Shown here one piece after another: positions 47,292 through 57,784 of a DNA stretch of 64,000 bases. Below the pieces are notes generated by a model, which saw nothing but the letters and a program-made list of their open reading frames with translations, made no database searches and was not told where the DNA came from. Each line of letters starts with the position of its first letter. Within the stretch, counting starts at the first letter, position 1. This stretch comes from a virus (taxonomy: Duplodnaviria; Caudoviricetes). The stretch is from the IMG/VR virus record IMGVR_UViG_2775506945_000003; one strand, given 5' to 3'. A program made the translations under genes and the position numbers.

Positions 47292-47639
47292 TGCTTTCCC
47301 TTTTTGCATGGCAGGCCAGGCAATGCTGCTTTTTTGCGTTGCCCAAGACCAGCCTTGCGTCCGGATATTAGGAAAACTCCTCATGATCACATGCGGTGCC
47401 AAATATCGTCTGGTATCGTAGGCCTCAGTGATGGGACGGGTATGGCGTGCTCTTGCCGGAATATTTCGCCAAGATGCGCATTGGGAGGGATGATGTGCTT
47501 GAGGCTTATGTATTCCCGATCGGCTCCGCGAAATTTATTGCTCAGCGCGATGGGGAGATAGGACATTATCCGGCGATACGCAGAGCCTATCGCGGATTCG
47601 GTATATCCAAGCATTGGCAGCCGTTCGCTGAGTTGCCAG

Positions 47640-47756
47640 AGGGCGATCCTCATAGATGTTCTGCTGGTCAGCCCCGGCAGTGCTCAGGGCGTTGTGTTGC
47701 AGGCCGAAGGACTGAGACCCATCAGCATTGGCAATGCGCCTATAGCCAATTAGCAT
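47640..47756 (-). pseudogene. Serine resolvase N-terminal remnant
   Basis: MLIGYRRI..ADGSQ...LQ..AL..AG....IYED; catalytic Ser lost. Confidence 0.65.
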
Positions 47757-48475
47757 TTTTTCCATTCCATGATCATGGAAAATGGCATCGCGAGATACCT
47801 TTGTACTCTGTCTTGTGGCCCACCGGATGGTCTAGGTTCGTCGAAGAATGTCAGTTTCAGGCCTTCACCAATCAATACAGACATGTAAGTGCTCAGGGGG
47901 CGATGCCAGTTTCGCACTCTCAAACCATCCCATTCCAACCACTCTGCCTGTTCACTAAAATAGTTTCCAAGAGGACGGTAAGCGCGACCGTCTTCGCCTT
48001 TTATCCACCCAATTGTGCCATTGGAAGTGAAGAAACTAGTGAGGTTTGCGATCAGAATTCTTCCGCCGGGTTTGAGAATGCGAGTGGCTTCTCGAACCGC
48101 TGCGTGCATGTCGTCAATGTCGATAAGGCTTAGATAGAAGACTGCAAGGTCGAACTCTCCATTATTGAAAGGCAAATTTTCAGCAAAAGCATTGAGATAT
48201 TTACCAGCTGGATCGTGGTTTCGAGCTCTTTCAATAAATGGTTCGATTGGATCAACTCCGACAGCATCGATGCCTATCTTCTTTGCCATACGGCAAAACC
48301 TCCCTTCGCCGCAGCCTATATCCAACATTTTTGCAGCGGCTGACAATTCGGATCGCTCCAGCATCGGCTTGTCGAGGATGAATTCGCGAGCGAAATCGCC
48401 CGCATCTGGCATTCTGTCGATCCAGGCTTGAGAAGAACTAAGCCACCCGTTCTCATCCGGGTCACGTTGGTTCAT
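47750..48475 (-). CDS. Class I SAM-dependent methyltransferase
   Basis: LDIGCGEG, GVDP, AENLPF, RILKPGG. Confidence 0.9.
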   Translation of the reverse strand: MNQRDPDENGWLSSSQAWIDRMPDAGDFAREFILDKPMLERSELSAAAKMLDIGCGEGRFCRMAKKIGIDAVGVDPIEPFIERARNHDPAGKYLNAFAENLPFNNGEFDLAVFYLSLIDIDDMHAAVREATRILKPGGRILIANLTSFFTSNGTIGWIKGEDGRAYRPLGNYFSEQAEWLEWDGLRVRNWHRPLSTYMSVLIGEGLKLTFFDEPRPSGGPQDRVQRYLAMPFSMIMEWKKC

Positions 48476-48837
48476 TGCCTAATACTCCCTGTTTCACAAA
48501 CGATGGTTTGAGGCAGCTGGACTACCCCGGCTCCTGTAGGCATTCCTGCCTTATGATACGATTCAAGACCTCGGCAGCACTACGGTACCAGAATCTATCG
48601 ACAATACTCCCTAAAATCGCCGCGCGCGTTCATGGTTATGAAGCGCACACCGGGCGGCAGATGGCGCTTTGGCACGAAGCCATAAGTCGCCACCTGCAAC
48701 CCGTCGCGGGTGATGATCGGCGCAGCGTAGTTCTGCCAGCAATCAGGCTTCCAGAGACCGTCTTCGACCTCATAGCCAAAGTGCTAGCGGATCTGCTGCG
48801 CCGCGGGCGGGGCGAAATTTATGCACATAAAACGAAG

Positions 48838-49029
48838 CTACTGCACGATTTCCGTGGAAAGAATCCGTTTATGGCCATCGAGCCGTTCAGAATCCACGCT
48901 CACTCCTTCTCCAACAGGGTTTGCGCAAAATGATTCAATAGCTTCTTTCGTTGCATGATATTTAGATCTAATGGCTTGGTCTGATACGATGTCGTATTTC
49001 TCAAATTGAAACACCGTTACCTCTTCCAT
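48838..49029 (-). CDS. Small hypothetical protein
   Basis: GAGG SD upstream; AT-rich. Confidence 0.5.
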   Translation of the reverse strand: MEEVTVFQFEKYDIVSDQAIRSKYHATKEAIESFCANPVGEGVSVDSERLDGHKRILSTEIVQ

Positions 49030-49103
49030 CTCAACCTCCTCAAGCCAAAAATGATGAGCATTATATAAACTAGACGCCCCCTCCCTAAGATCAATCAGTA
49101 AAT

Positions 49104-49583
49104 CTACTCTATTCTGCTATTTTTAATTACCGCCTGGCAGGCTCTGAGCTGCCGGACAACGTCGTCTGCCTCGCCGGCGAGTCGGAGAGCATCCTCTCCA
49201 TGCGCTGCAAGAAAGTCGGCTGGCGCGGACGCATCACGTCGGCCGGCGCCGGTGGCAGCTGCGGGCAGATCGCCGCGCCCAGCGGCGGGTTGCTGCTCGC
49301 GCAGCCGGAGAGCAGCAGCATGGCGAGCCAAAGCAGCCTGAAGTTCCAATTTCCCATCTTCCAGATCCTTCTCATATGCGGCCGATGTGGCCGCGTCATC
49401 TGCTGCCGCCTGGTGCTCGCGCGCCCGGGCGGCCTGGGTGGCCGCTACCTGCTGCTGGGCCAGGCTGGCACGCACCACTGCGGCGTCGCGCTGGGCGATA
49501 ACGGCCCGCATCTCCCAGCCCAGAAAAGCCAAGGCCGCCACGGCGGCGGCCAGCACGATCTCCCTCCACAGCTGCATGTTCAC
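49104..49583 (-). CDS. i-spanin (Rz-like) with embedded o-spanin ending at 49127
   Basis: TM + coiled coil; nested frame has lipobox LSGC and Pro-rich tract. Confidence 0.75.
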   Translation of the reverse strand: MNMQLWREIVLAAAVAALAFLGWEMRAVIAQRDAAVVRASLAQQQVAATQAARAREHQAAADDAATSAAYEKDLEDGKLELQAALARHAAALRLREQQPAAGRGDLPAAATGAGRRDASAPADFLAAHGEDALRLAGEADDVVRQLRACQAVIKNSRIE

Positions 49584-49819
49584 CCTCCTTTTGCCTTAGC
49601 CAGCACTACGATGCCGGCCCAGATCGCGCCCAGCAGGCCAATCACAATGCCGCCGGCCAACGCCTTCAGCACAGCATCCGCTACGCCATCTACTCTCTTG
49701 GCCAGCTTCACCGCATCAGCCACTCCAGCCTCGTCCAGCGCCTGGCGCGCGCCGGCCTTGGCCGCCGCCTCCAACAGTGCCCGGAACTCTTCCCGCGGCA
49801 GCACGACTTCATCACCCAT
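49580..49819 (-). CDS. Small membrane protein in lysis cassette
   Basis: AAKAGARQAL..G motif, C-terminal TM. Confidence 0.6.
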   Translation of the reverse strand: MGDEVVLPREEFRALLEAAAKAGARQALDEAGVADAVKLAKRVDGVADAVLKALAGGIVIGLLGAIWAGIVVLAKAKGG

Positions 49820-49822
49820 CCC

Positions 49823-50440
49823 CTACTCCCCAAAGTAAGCGCGATACTTGCCCCTCCGCACGACCATCACGTTCCTGACGTGCGTATTGGTGATGTCCGC
49901 AAACGACTGCCCATAGCCGGCATGCCGCGCTTTCGACTGCGCGCTGCTGTGTTCAAGATTGCCGAACCAGACGCCAGGCTGACAGCCTGACGTGTTGGCG
50001 CACTTCCGCCGGCGCTGGATCACCCCCCCGAGACCAGAGTTGTAGGCCGCGTCCATCATGGCCAGCCGGTCTGCATCAGCAGCCGCCCAGCGGATCAGCT
50101 GGTAATTGCCACGGTTCTTCAGCACAACAGCCGTCAGCTGGTAGCGTGGGTCGTAAGCATTGCCCCAACTCCAGCCCCGCAGTTCGGGATGTGCAACCAC
50201 CATCTCTCGAATCGCATCGAAACGCACCGAACCATCTGCCTTGTACGCCTTGGTGAACTGCCCCAGGCCGGCACCCAGCTCGCGCGAAGTCTGCAGCTTT
50301 GCGTTGACGCGCCAGCCGCTTTCTTGCTCAACCTGAGCCGCCAGCACCGACCGCGACGGCATATCGGGCCAGTACTGGCCGATGGCCGCCGATAACGCAG
50401 GCAGCAACGCCAACGCGCCGGCGCTCAGCCCCGCAGCCAT
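49823..50440 (-). CDS. Endolysin, lytic transglycosylase family
   Basis: QVEQESGW, GLGQF, AAYNSG. Confidence 0.85.
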   Translation of the reverse strand: MAAGLSAGALALLPALSAAIGQYWPDMPSRSVLAAQVEQESGWRVNAKLQTSRELGAGLGQFTKAYKADGSVRFDAIREMVVAHPELRGWSWGNAYDPRYQLTAVVLKNRGNYQLIRWAAADADRLAMMDAAYNSGLGGVIQRRRKCANTSGCQPGVWFGNLEHSSAQSKARHAGYGQSFADITNTHVRNVMVVRRGKYRAYFGE

Positions 50441-50715
50441 AACACACCGCCAATCACCACAGCAGCCATGAACAGCCGGTCGGCCAGCACCACGAGGGCG
50501 GCGCCCGTTGGCGCATGCATGGCGATGTCTGCAGCGGCGGACACGTCGACATGGAACAGCGCTTTGCGCATCAGCAATGCCACACCCAGGAGCACCGGGA
50601 GCGCCAGACCGAGCTGCAGCCAGGTTTGAGCAACAACGGAGTCGATCCAGAACAGCGCCAGCGCGGCCGGAATGATCAGCAGGTAGATGCGATAGTCGTG
50701 CAGATTTTTCAGCAT
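50425..50715 (-). CDS. Putative holin (three TM)
   Basis: Hydrophobic, upstream of endolysin. Confidence 0.65.
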   Translation of the reverse strand: MLKNLHDYRIYLLIIPAALALFWIDSVVAQTWLQLGLALPVLLGVALLMRKALFHVDVSAAADIAMHAPTGAALVVLADRLFMAAVVIGGVLWLRG

Positions 50716-50732
50716 GGTGTCTCCAGGAATGA

Positions 50733-51017
50733 TTAAGGCCGGTTGTCCCGGCCCTTATTGATTGCCCGCAGGTTGCTGAGCAGGATGAACGCGTAGAACA
50801 CGCACAGCAGCTGATAGGCCAAAGGCGGCGGCTTGAGCAGACAGCAGGCTAGGAACAAAAGCGCCTTGACCGCCACCAACGCAGGCAGGATGCCAGCGCG
50901 CTCGATCAGGCGCCTGACGAACGGGTTCAGCTCCCTGCCACCCAGGTAGGTCAGCGCATAGAAGGTGCTGGCGATGTCCGCCGCTTGGAGCAAAACGAGC
51001 AGTGCAATCCAAATCAT
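50733..51017 (-). CDS. DUF5658-like membrane protein
   Basis: D..ST.Y.L...G.RELNP motif. Confidence 0.65.
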   Translation of the reverse strand: MIWIALLVLLQAADIASTFYALTYLGGRELNPFVRRLIERAGILPALVAVKALLFLACCLLKPPPLAYQLLCVFYAFILLSNLRAINKGRDNRP

Positions 51018-51298
51018 TTCGCCCCTCCCTGCAATGCAGCCAGTTTGTTCTGCGCATCGGCCAGCTGTAACTGCAAGGCCTGGTTTTGCGTAAGCGCCAC
51101 CGCCGCCGCTTGGCCCAGCACATCGGCAAGCTTCAGACCGGCCTGGCCATCCGCGACACTCAAGGACTGCGGATCGCTGATATAGGTCTGCAGTTGCTGG
51201 CTCAGCGGGTTGGGCTGGTCCGCGGCGAATCGCACGGACGCGCCGGCGATGCCGGCGGCAGACAACCGAATCAGGATTTCATAGGGGTATTGATTCAT
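51014..51298 (-). CDS. Phage hypothetical protein
   Basis: GAGG SD; follows tail fibre. Confidence 0.55.
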   Translation of the reverse strand: MNQYPYEILIRLSAAGIAGASVRFAADQPNPLSQQLQTYISDPQSLSVADGQAGLKLADVLGQAAAVALTQNQALQLQLADAQNKLAALQGGAK

Positions 51299-51305
51299 GT
51301 AGACC

Positions 51306-52214
51306 TCAGACAGGATTTCCGGATCTGACGCTGATCCAGGCGTTTCCGTTTGACCACGCCAGCGCGGCACCGCCGACAGCATCCGTGATGTAGACCGATG
51401 CGCCTGCAAACGCTGAAGCGGCCGGCGCGGTTGCTCTGGTGTACGCCGGGGCCGGCGTCGGCGTAGTGTTGAATCCACTGACGGTTAGAACGCTCTGCGG
51501 CTGCACGGTCAGGAGATTGCCGGCCGGCAGCCGGCTGCCGGTATTCACCACGTTGGCCACCCAGCCGCCATTCGACGTATCACCAAATGCGCTGCAGCTG
51601 CCGGCGCCGGACCATGCCTGCAACTGGACGAACACCGTGTAGGACGTCGGGCTGTTTTGGGAGACCAGAAAGGTGCAGCCCGTGTTGCCGAACACCATGG
51701 CGGATGCAGCACCGAAAAATGGACCGCTGGAGCCTGGTTGCTGTGCTCCACCGTTGCTGGTGCAGAACAACAATGTCGCTATGCCCAACTGATTATTGAG
51801 GGCGTTGTAGCCATTGCCGAACAAAACATTGAGTGCCAGCTTGGCCCCGTTCTGTCCGCAATTGAACGTCCCCAGCTGCACGTAGGACGCGGTGTCCTTG
51901 GTATCAGGAATGCCATCTTGTCGTACCGGCGGATAGCCAAGACCGGCTGCAACCTGCGCCCCCGTCACATTGCTGACCGTGCCGGCGTTACCCGTCACAG
52001 AAATTGGCCAGGTTCCGCTGCTATTGGATCCGTCGGAGCGCAGCACGTTACCTGCAGCCGGCACTGTGCGCGTGCTGCCGGTCGCATCCGTCAACGTCAC
52101 CATTCCGGAGCCGGTCAGCCACGCATTGAACTGGTCCATCGTGACATTGTATTTCTGGAGCAACTGGGCGACCGACGCCGCGAGGTCTGCCGTAGAAGGG
52201 CTTGCTGCTGACAT
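51306..52214 (-). CDS. Tail fibre-like protein
   Basis: Gly/Ser/Thr-rich beta-type sequence downstream of gpJ. Confidence 0.7.
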   Translation of the reverse strand: MSAASPSTADLAASVAQLLQKYNVTMDQFNAWLTGSGMVTLTDATGSTRTVPAAGNVLRSDGSNSSGTWPISVTGNAGTVSNVTGAQVAAGLGYPPVRQDGIPDTKDTASYVQLGTFNCGQNGAKLALNVLFGNGYNALNNQLGIATLLFCTSNGGAQQPGSSGPFFGAASAMVFGNTGCTFLVSQNSPTSYTVFVQLQAWSGAGSCSAFGDTSNGGWVANVVNTGSRLPAGNLLTVQPQSVLTVSGFNTTPTPAPAYTRATAPAASAFAGASVYITDAVGGAALAWSNGNAWISVRSGNPV

Positions 52215-52429
52215 CACGCCTCCAAAGAAGAAGCCCCGCTGTCGCGGGGCTTGGGATAGGTGTTTTTGACGGCGCGAATCTGGTCCAGCATCGCCGCCGC
52301 CTCCGGCGGCAACGTGTCGGGCGGCAGGCTGGCAATCACCCGCCACAACACGTCGAGCTGCTCGCCTGTGTCCGGGTACCGCTGACGCCGCGCCACGACG
52401 TGGTCGCCGACATGGTGGATTTTCATCAT
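52214..52429 (-). CDS. Small tail-associated protein
   Basis: YPDTGEQLD.LW...IRAVK.TYPKP motif. Confidence 0.7.
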   Translation of the reverse strand: MMKIHHVGDHVVARRQRYPDTGEQLDVLWRVIASLPPDTLPPEAAAMLDQIRAVKNTYPKPRDSGASSLEA

Positions 52430-52788
52430 GTCGTCACCTCGAATACAGCGGTTTGCGCCGGGAAGGCCTCGACGACGACGACATGGCGGCCCGGATGCGC
52501 GAACGACAACTCGCACACCGCGTCCGCGCACCGGTACTCCGCGCCGTCGATGTATAGCCAGCACGGCGCCGGCAGCTGCCGCAGCACCAGGCCGTCCAAC
52601 TGCGCGGTGGCGGGCGGGCGCGGCGCAATGGCGCCGTCGCGCACGTACTGCGTCACCGGGTCGGCCACGACGGCGAGGATGCGCTTGCCGGCGGCGCGAT
52701 CCAGTTTGATGTTTTCCGGCCGGGACGTCCCGGTTTGCAGAATCCGGCCGGTGTCGTCGTACTCGACGATGTTGATAGCCATGCTCAT
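52426..52788 (-). CDS. Tail-associated hypothetical protein
   Basis: YDDTGRI..G; coupled to gpJ. Confidence 0.65.
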   Translation of the reverse strand: MSMAINIVEYDDTGRILQTGTSRPENIKLDRAAGKRILAVVADPVTQYVRDGAIAPRPPATAQLDGLVLRQLPAPCWLYIDGAEYRCADAVCELSFAHPGRHVVVVEAFPAQTAVFEVTT

Positions 52789-55700
52789 CTCCTGAAAAGA
52801 ACGCAACCATAGCGGATCATGCCGTTCAGTCCGCTGCTGATCGCCGGCGACGATACGCCGATCGTCACGACCTCGCCGGCATTGACGTTGAGGACCAACA
52901 CTGCACTGCCGTTGATCGGCGTGGAGCGCCCCCGCCCGTAGAGGGTTGCGATCGGATCGGCATACGGCGAGTCGGCGAACGCCAGCAGCGTGCCGCTGTC
53001 GCTGCAGCTGAACTGGAATGAATAGTCGAACGGAGGGACGCGACCGGTGACGGTAATCGAGCGCGTGTCATTCTTGCTGACCGCCTCCCCCTTGATCTGC
53101 AACGTGTCCACCATCAGATTGCGGATGAAAGAGCCGTCGATTCCGTTCATGCTGACGATGATATTCCCCACTGCATCCCTGATCGTCATGCCCCGAGTGT
53201 CGATTTGCCCGACCGTCAACTGCCCTTTGATATACGCGGCCCCCATCCCGGTCATGTCGACCACGACGCCGCCGGCAGCATCGCAGATGGTCAACCCTCG
53301 CGTATTGATCTGGCCTGCATCGATAGAACCGGACACGATTGCATTTCGACCGGAAATCGAGCCATCAACGATCATGGCGCCGTCGACGCCGACAGCCGCC
53401 TGCCCGTTGATACGACCGACCGTGAAAGCCGGGCGCGGATTAGAGCCGTCCGGAAACGCGACCTGGAACTTGTCCGCCAGGACCGCAAACGAAGACCCGC
53501 CCTGCCCATTGTTCAACTGGATGCCGGCAACACGGGGATTCTGGCCGTTCGCGTCCAACTGGATCTTCACCGCCCACTGCCCGAGCAGCCCGTTAAGGCT
53601 CTGGGTCTGTTGGGCGATGGTCGCGCTGTTACCGTTGAGGGTCGTCTGCAACTGAGACAGCTGGCTCGCCGCGGCGCTGTCAGCAGTGACACGTGCCATC
53701 CATTCGCTGGTGATCGCCGCGGCGTTGCCGGCGACGGCCGCCTGCAGAGCCAAAATGTTCGACGCCATCGCGGCATTCTGGTCGGCGCGGACTTTCTGCT
53801 CATTCACGATTGCCGCTGTTGCCTGGCCGCTGATCACTCGCGCGCCGCGCGCCTGCGACCATGACGTGTCCACTTGCAGCAACGCTTGCAGCAGTGCGCT
53901 CGCCACATTGTCATTGCTGGTGATGCTGCCGGCCAGATCCGGCGCAAGCAGGCTGTAGTCGACGCCGCCCTGCAGCTGCTGGAGCAGCAGCGTGGGATCC
54001 TTCATCGTTTGAGCTTGAGCCGTGGCAAACGCCGAAACATTCCCCCAGGTATCGTATATTCGAAGCCAGAAGAAGTAAGTCACACCCAGCTGCGCGCCCT
54101 GAAAGGTAAAGGCCGTCGTGGGATAGCCGAGGTCCGCCAGCTTGCCGGGATTGGGGTCCGCTGCAGTGGTGCTATAAAACAGCTCGGCCCGCTTGATGTC
54201 CGGCCGGCCGGCAGGATACGCCCACGTCAGATCGACCTTCATCGCGCCACCCACGGCCGACAACGTCGGCGCCGGCGGCGGCGTCACCTGCCCTTGAGTC
54301 TGCTGATTTCCGGTAACGGGAATGCTGACGACGCCGGTCACCGATACAGTCGACACCCGGACATCGTAACTGCCGGGCACCACATCCATGATTTCGGCGT
54401 GATTGCTCACCTGGTCCGGCAGAACAATCCAGTTCCCCCCGTCCTGCCTATAGGTCACCCGATAACCACGAAGGTACGGATGCACGACCGCCGGCCAGTC
54501 CACCAACAGCTTCACCCTGCGGCTGCCATCTGGCGCCAAATAGGGCTGCTCCTGGAGCTGAACCGCCAGGACCGGCGGCATCGCGCCAGGATCTGGAAGA
54601 TTGCTGGTCGGGGCCGGGTCGAAGCGGAGGCCGGTTTCGATGGCAGCCCATTTATTCGGATCGTACTGCAGGCCCGAGATCTCGAACTCGCCGTTATCGG
54701 CAGCCTTGATAGACACGCAGGTCCACAGGTCAGGCTGAAGATTGGTCGCGATCAACACCCAGGTGGCACCGGCGACCGGCTGGGCCGGATACTGCGACAC
54801 GATGGTCAGCGTGTCAGTCGTTCCCGGCGGAGCGACAACCCCACGACGCACCGGTACGCCATCCGGCCCCGTCACCTCCAACGTGTAGGTGACACCTGCC
54901 TGCAGCGTAACTGGAGCATCGAGCCGAACCACGGTGCCGGCCACCGAAACTACCCGACCACCCATCCGCGCGCCGGCCACGTGGAAGTCGGACGTCGCAA
55001 ACAGGTCACCCGGTTGCAAATCCGCGCTGTACGCCGCCGCCTTGAAATCCACCATCTCGGTACTGCGCTGCGCAGTCTCCAGGATGTACCGGCCACAGCG
55101 GCGCGCCTGCCCGCGCGTGACGGCGCCCATCGCCACCGCCGACGTCTGCTGCAGCCCGTAGGTCAGCAGCCCTTGCCCATGCTCGGTGTACTCCACCGCG
55201 CGCCGGTAGCGGTCGCTCGGATCCGTCCAGGCCACGGCCGCAGCAGTGAAGCGCCCATTTTTCGGAGTGGACGAATAGGTGAATTTTCCATCAATGACAT
55301 TGGTGGCGTTGAAGTGCTTGACCGGCTGTTTGCCGGGCATGTCCGCGACGATCCGAATGCCGCCGGCAGACCAGTAGGCCTGGCCGCAGAAACTGCTCAC
55401 GATGTCGGAAACGACTTTCCAGGCATCCTGCGTGTCTTGCTGGAAATTGTGGAACTGGAATCGCGGCTCGAAGCCGCCGTAACCGTCCGGAACAGGCTGA
55501 TCACACCACTGGGCGATAGCGTACATCCCCCAGCGGTCCATGTTGGCCGCCGGAATGTTGATGCCGAAACGGTTATCCGTGCAGTAGGTCCACAGGAACC
55601 AGACGGGGTTACTGGTCGGCGCCGGCTTGAAGTTGCCATCCCATGGGCCGGTATACGTGCGCGCCACCGGATCGTAATTGCTGGGCACCTGGCACTTCAG

Positions 55701-56462
55701 CTGCTGCCACAGCACCGACACCTCCGGCATCCGACTGAACTGGCGCGCGTCGAACTTCAGCGCGACCACAGACAGGTTTGGATAGCGCAGCTGCGCGTCG
55801 ATGATGCTGGTGAACGATGTGAAAACGGTCTGGTTTGCCAGATACTGCGTCGTGCTGTCCGGCGTGATTCTGCGAACCCGGACGAGCCACGGGCCAGTGC
55901 CAGGCAACTGCAGCCGCGTGCTGCGCTGGTAGTTGGCCGTGGTTTTGTCGGAAATGGTGACCATGGCAGCTTGGGAAAATTTGCCATTCGTCGGCGCCAA
56001 ATCGATGGCGTACTGCACCGACGAACCACCGGTGTCGCCGGTTTTCGGATCGGTGGAGCGCAGGCCGGCGGGCAGAGATACCGTCACCCGGATGGCGGTG
56101 GCGTTCACATCCGCCACAGTTTGCGTGATCGGATTCGTCGCCTTCACCTCCAAGCCCACGCCGATCTCCGTCTCGACAGCCGGAAAACCCTGAATCGCGG
56201 GCTGCGTTTGGGTGCCAGTGCGATACGAAACCTGCATGTTCTGGAAGTTGAACGAACCGTCAGAATTCTGAATCGGCGTATCGTCCAGATAGATGCTTTT
56301 CAGCGGATTGGCCGGGTCGGCCGGCCCGCCGGTCTCGCCATGGCCCAGCAGCACCATCATGCGGCCGTAGCTGATCGACTGCGCGGTGTCGGGCGACTCT
56401 ACCGGGGTATGCTGGCTGCCACCGCCGCCGCCCTTGGCGCCAAAGATTGCATCGTCGGACAT
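52785..56462 (-). CDS. Lambda gpJ-like tail tip / host specificity protein
   Basis: GAKGGG..TPVESPD, VPSNYDP..Y.G.WDG.FK, FN3 regions, DUF1983-like AGI..FAVLADKF. Confidence 0.95.
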   Translation of the reverse strand: MSDDAIFGAKGGGGGSQHTPVESPDTAQSISYGRMMVLLGHGETGGPADPANPLKSIYLDDTPIQNSDGSFNFQNMQVSYRTGTQTQPAIQGFPAVETEIGVGLEVKATNPITQTVADVNATAIRVTVSLPAGLRSTDPKTGDTGGSSVQYAIDLAPTNGKFSQAAMVTISDKTTANYQRSTRLQLPGTGPWLVRVRRITPDSTTQYLANQTVFTSFTSIIDAQLRYPNLSVVALKFDARQFSRMPEVSVLWQQLKCQVPSNYDPVARTYTGPWDGNFKPAPTSNPVWFLWTYCTDNRFGINIPAANMDRWGMYAIAQWCDQPVPDGYGGFEPRFQFHNFQQDTQDAWKVVSDIVSSFCGQAYWSAGGIRIVADMPGKQPVKHFNATNVIDGKFTYSSTPKNGRFTAAAVAWTDPSDRYRRAVEYTEHGQGLLTYGLQQTSAVAMGAVTRGQARRCGRYILETAQRSTEMVDFKAAAYSADLQPGDLFATSDFHVAGARMGGRVVSVAGTVVRLDAPVTLQAGVTYTLEVTGPDGVPVRRGVVAPPGTTDTLTIVSQYPAQPVAGATWVLIATNLQPDLWTCVSIKAADNGEFEISGLQYDPNKWAAIETGLRFDPAPTSNLPDPGAMPPVLAVQLQEQPYLAPDGSRRVKLLVDWPAVVHPYLRGYRVTYRQDGGNWIVLPDQVSNHAEIMDVVPGSYDVRVSTVSVTGVVSIPVTGNQQTQGQVTPPPAPTLSAVGGAMKVDLTWAYPAGRPDIKRAELFYSTTAADPNPGKLADLGYPTTAFTFQGAQLGVTYFFWLRIYDTWGNVSAFATAQAQTMKDPTLLLQQLQGGVDYSLLAPDLAGSITSNDNVASALLQALLQVDTSWSQARGARVISGQATAAIVNEQKVRADQNAAMASNILALQAAVAGNAAAITSEWMARVTADSAAASQLSQLQTTLNGNSATIAQQTQSLNGLLGQWAVKIQLDANGQNPRVAGIQLNNGQGGSSFAVLADKFQVAFPDGSNPRPAFTVGRINGQAAVGVDGAMIVDGSISGRNAIVSGSIDAGQINTRGLTICDAAGGVVVDMTGMGAAYIKGQLTVGQIDTRGMTIRDAVGNIIVSMNGIDGSFIRNLMVDTLQIKGEAVSKNDTRSITVTGRVPPFDYSFQFSCSDSGTLLAFADSPYADPIATLYGRGRSTPINGSAVLVLNVNAGEVVTIGVSSPAISSGLNGMIRYGCVLFRR

Positions 56463-56496
56463 TCATGCTCCAGAAAAGATGCCCGCGCTCGGCGGG

Positions 56497-57108
56497 CTAT
56501 ACGAGTACAGGGGAGTTGGTGGGCAGCGCCCCGGTGCCGATGTCCTCGACGCTGACGCCGGCGGAAATCACAGTGCCGGCAATCAGCATGGTGCCGACGC
56601 CTATCGGGATGGGCAGGCCCTGGGCGCTGGTCTGCTGCGCGCCGTTGAACCAGTAGTTCGGCTTGCCGTCCTTGGCCTGCCAGTCGGGCTGCTTGGGGAT
56701 GGGGGTCAGCAGTTGAATCGCTCCGCCAATCATCATGCTTGCGCCGACGCCATAGCCTGCGGTCACTGCCGCGGCACTCCAGTACAGCGGGTTCCACCAC
56801 GAGAAAGCCAAGATGGCCGCACCGGCCAGAAAGCGAACGCCAGCACTCGCCCCAACGATCACCGGCATAATCAGGATGTCGCCCTGACTCACCAGCACGA
56901 TCTCATCCTCCGCGACATCCCTATCAGCCACCGTCACGCGATATCCGACCTTCTCCGGATCGCTCTCACGCAGGTGCTGGGCAAACCCTGGCCAGTTGGC
57001 TTCCAGCATGCGGATGGCTTCCGCCACGCTGTCCACGTAGGCGGCGAACTCCTTCACGAACTTCTCGCCCAACTCTCCGCCCAGGCGGACGTTCCGTTTC
57101 TCACCCAT
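56497..57108 (-). CDS. Lambda gpI-like tail assembly protein
   Basis: L.GELG..F..AEAIR.L; QGLPIP..G..ISAG. Confidence 0.9.
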   Translation of the reverse strand: MGEKRNVRLGGELGEKFVKEFAAYVDSVAEAIRMLEANWPGFAQHLRESDPEKVGYRVTVADRDVAEDEIVLVSQGDILIMPVIVGASAGVRFLAGAAILAFSWWNPLYWSAAAVTAGYGVGASMMIGGAIQLLTPIPKQPDWQAKDGKPNYWFNGAQQTSAQGLPIPIGVGTMLIAGTVISAGVSVEDIGTGALPTNSPVLV

Positions 57109-57784
57109 TTCGAGACCTCACAATCGTGACGGTACAGCGCCGCCACCAGCCGCCATAAATGCCGACCTGGCTGGGCTGATGGTAGAGCTGATGAAGGATG
57201 CGGCTATCGCCGAGGTAGATGGCAACGTGGTTGACCACGCTGGCCTCGCACATCATGAAGATCAGGTCGCCACGCGCGGGCTCGCCTTCAACGACATCCA
57301 CCGACGCGCTAGCCAGCCACGCCGGGAATGGGCTATCTCCCCGCTTCCAGAATTCCTCTGCCACCTGCGCCCGCGGCAATACAATCCCGGTCTCCCGACG
57401 ATGCCAGTCCTGCGCCAGCGTGAAGCAGTCGAACATGCCCCAGCAGAATGGCCGCCCCTCGTAGGGCGCCTGCCAGCCGATGGGCTCGGTCAGCGTGTGC
57501 TCACCGTTCGGCCAACTGACGATGTGCCAGGGCAGCCCGGTCCGCTCGCACATCACACGATCCACCATCGATGGCTCGGCGGTGTCGTCGGGGTGACTGT
57601 GCCAGATGCCGACAACTCGGCCCAGTTGCTCAGCGGCGGCATAGTCAACCGGGTCGAGCTCAAACTGCGCGCGGGGGTCGCCGGCGATGTTCCGGCACTG
57701 GTAGACGCGCCCGGAGTTCAGCAGCACGCCGCACGCCTCCTGCGGGTGTGCCAGCTCCGCCAGGTGAAGCATTTCGTTGATCAT
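57101..57784 (-). CDS. Lambda gpK-like JAB + NlpC/P60 tail protein
   Basis: EACG, HSHPD, DCFTL, NHVAIYLG, ILH. Confidence 0.9.
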   Translation of the reverse strand: MINEMLHLAELAHPQEACGVLLNSGRVYQCRNIAGDPRAQFELDPVDYAAAEQLGRVVGIWHSHPDDTAEPSMVDRVMCERTGLPWHIVSWPNGEHTLTEPIGWQAPYEGRPFCWGMFDCFTLAQDWHRRETGIVLPRAQVAEEFWKRGDSPFPAWLASASVDVVEGEPARGDLIFMMCEASVVNHVAIYLGDSRILHQLYHQPSQVGIYGGWWRRCTVTIVRSRNG

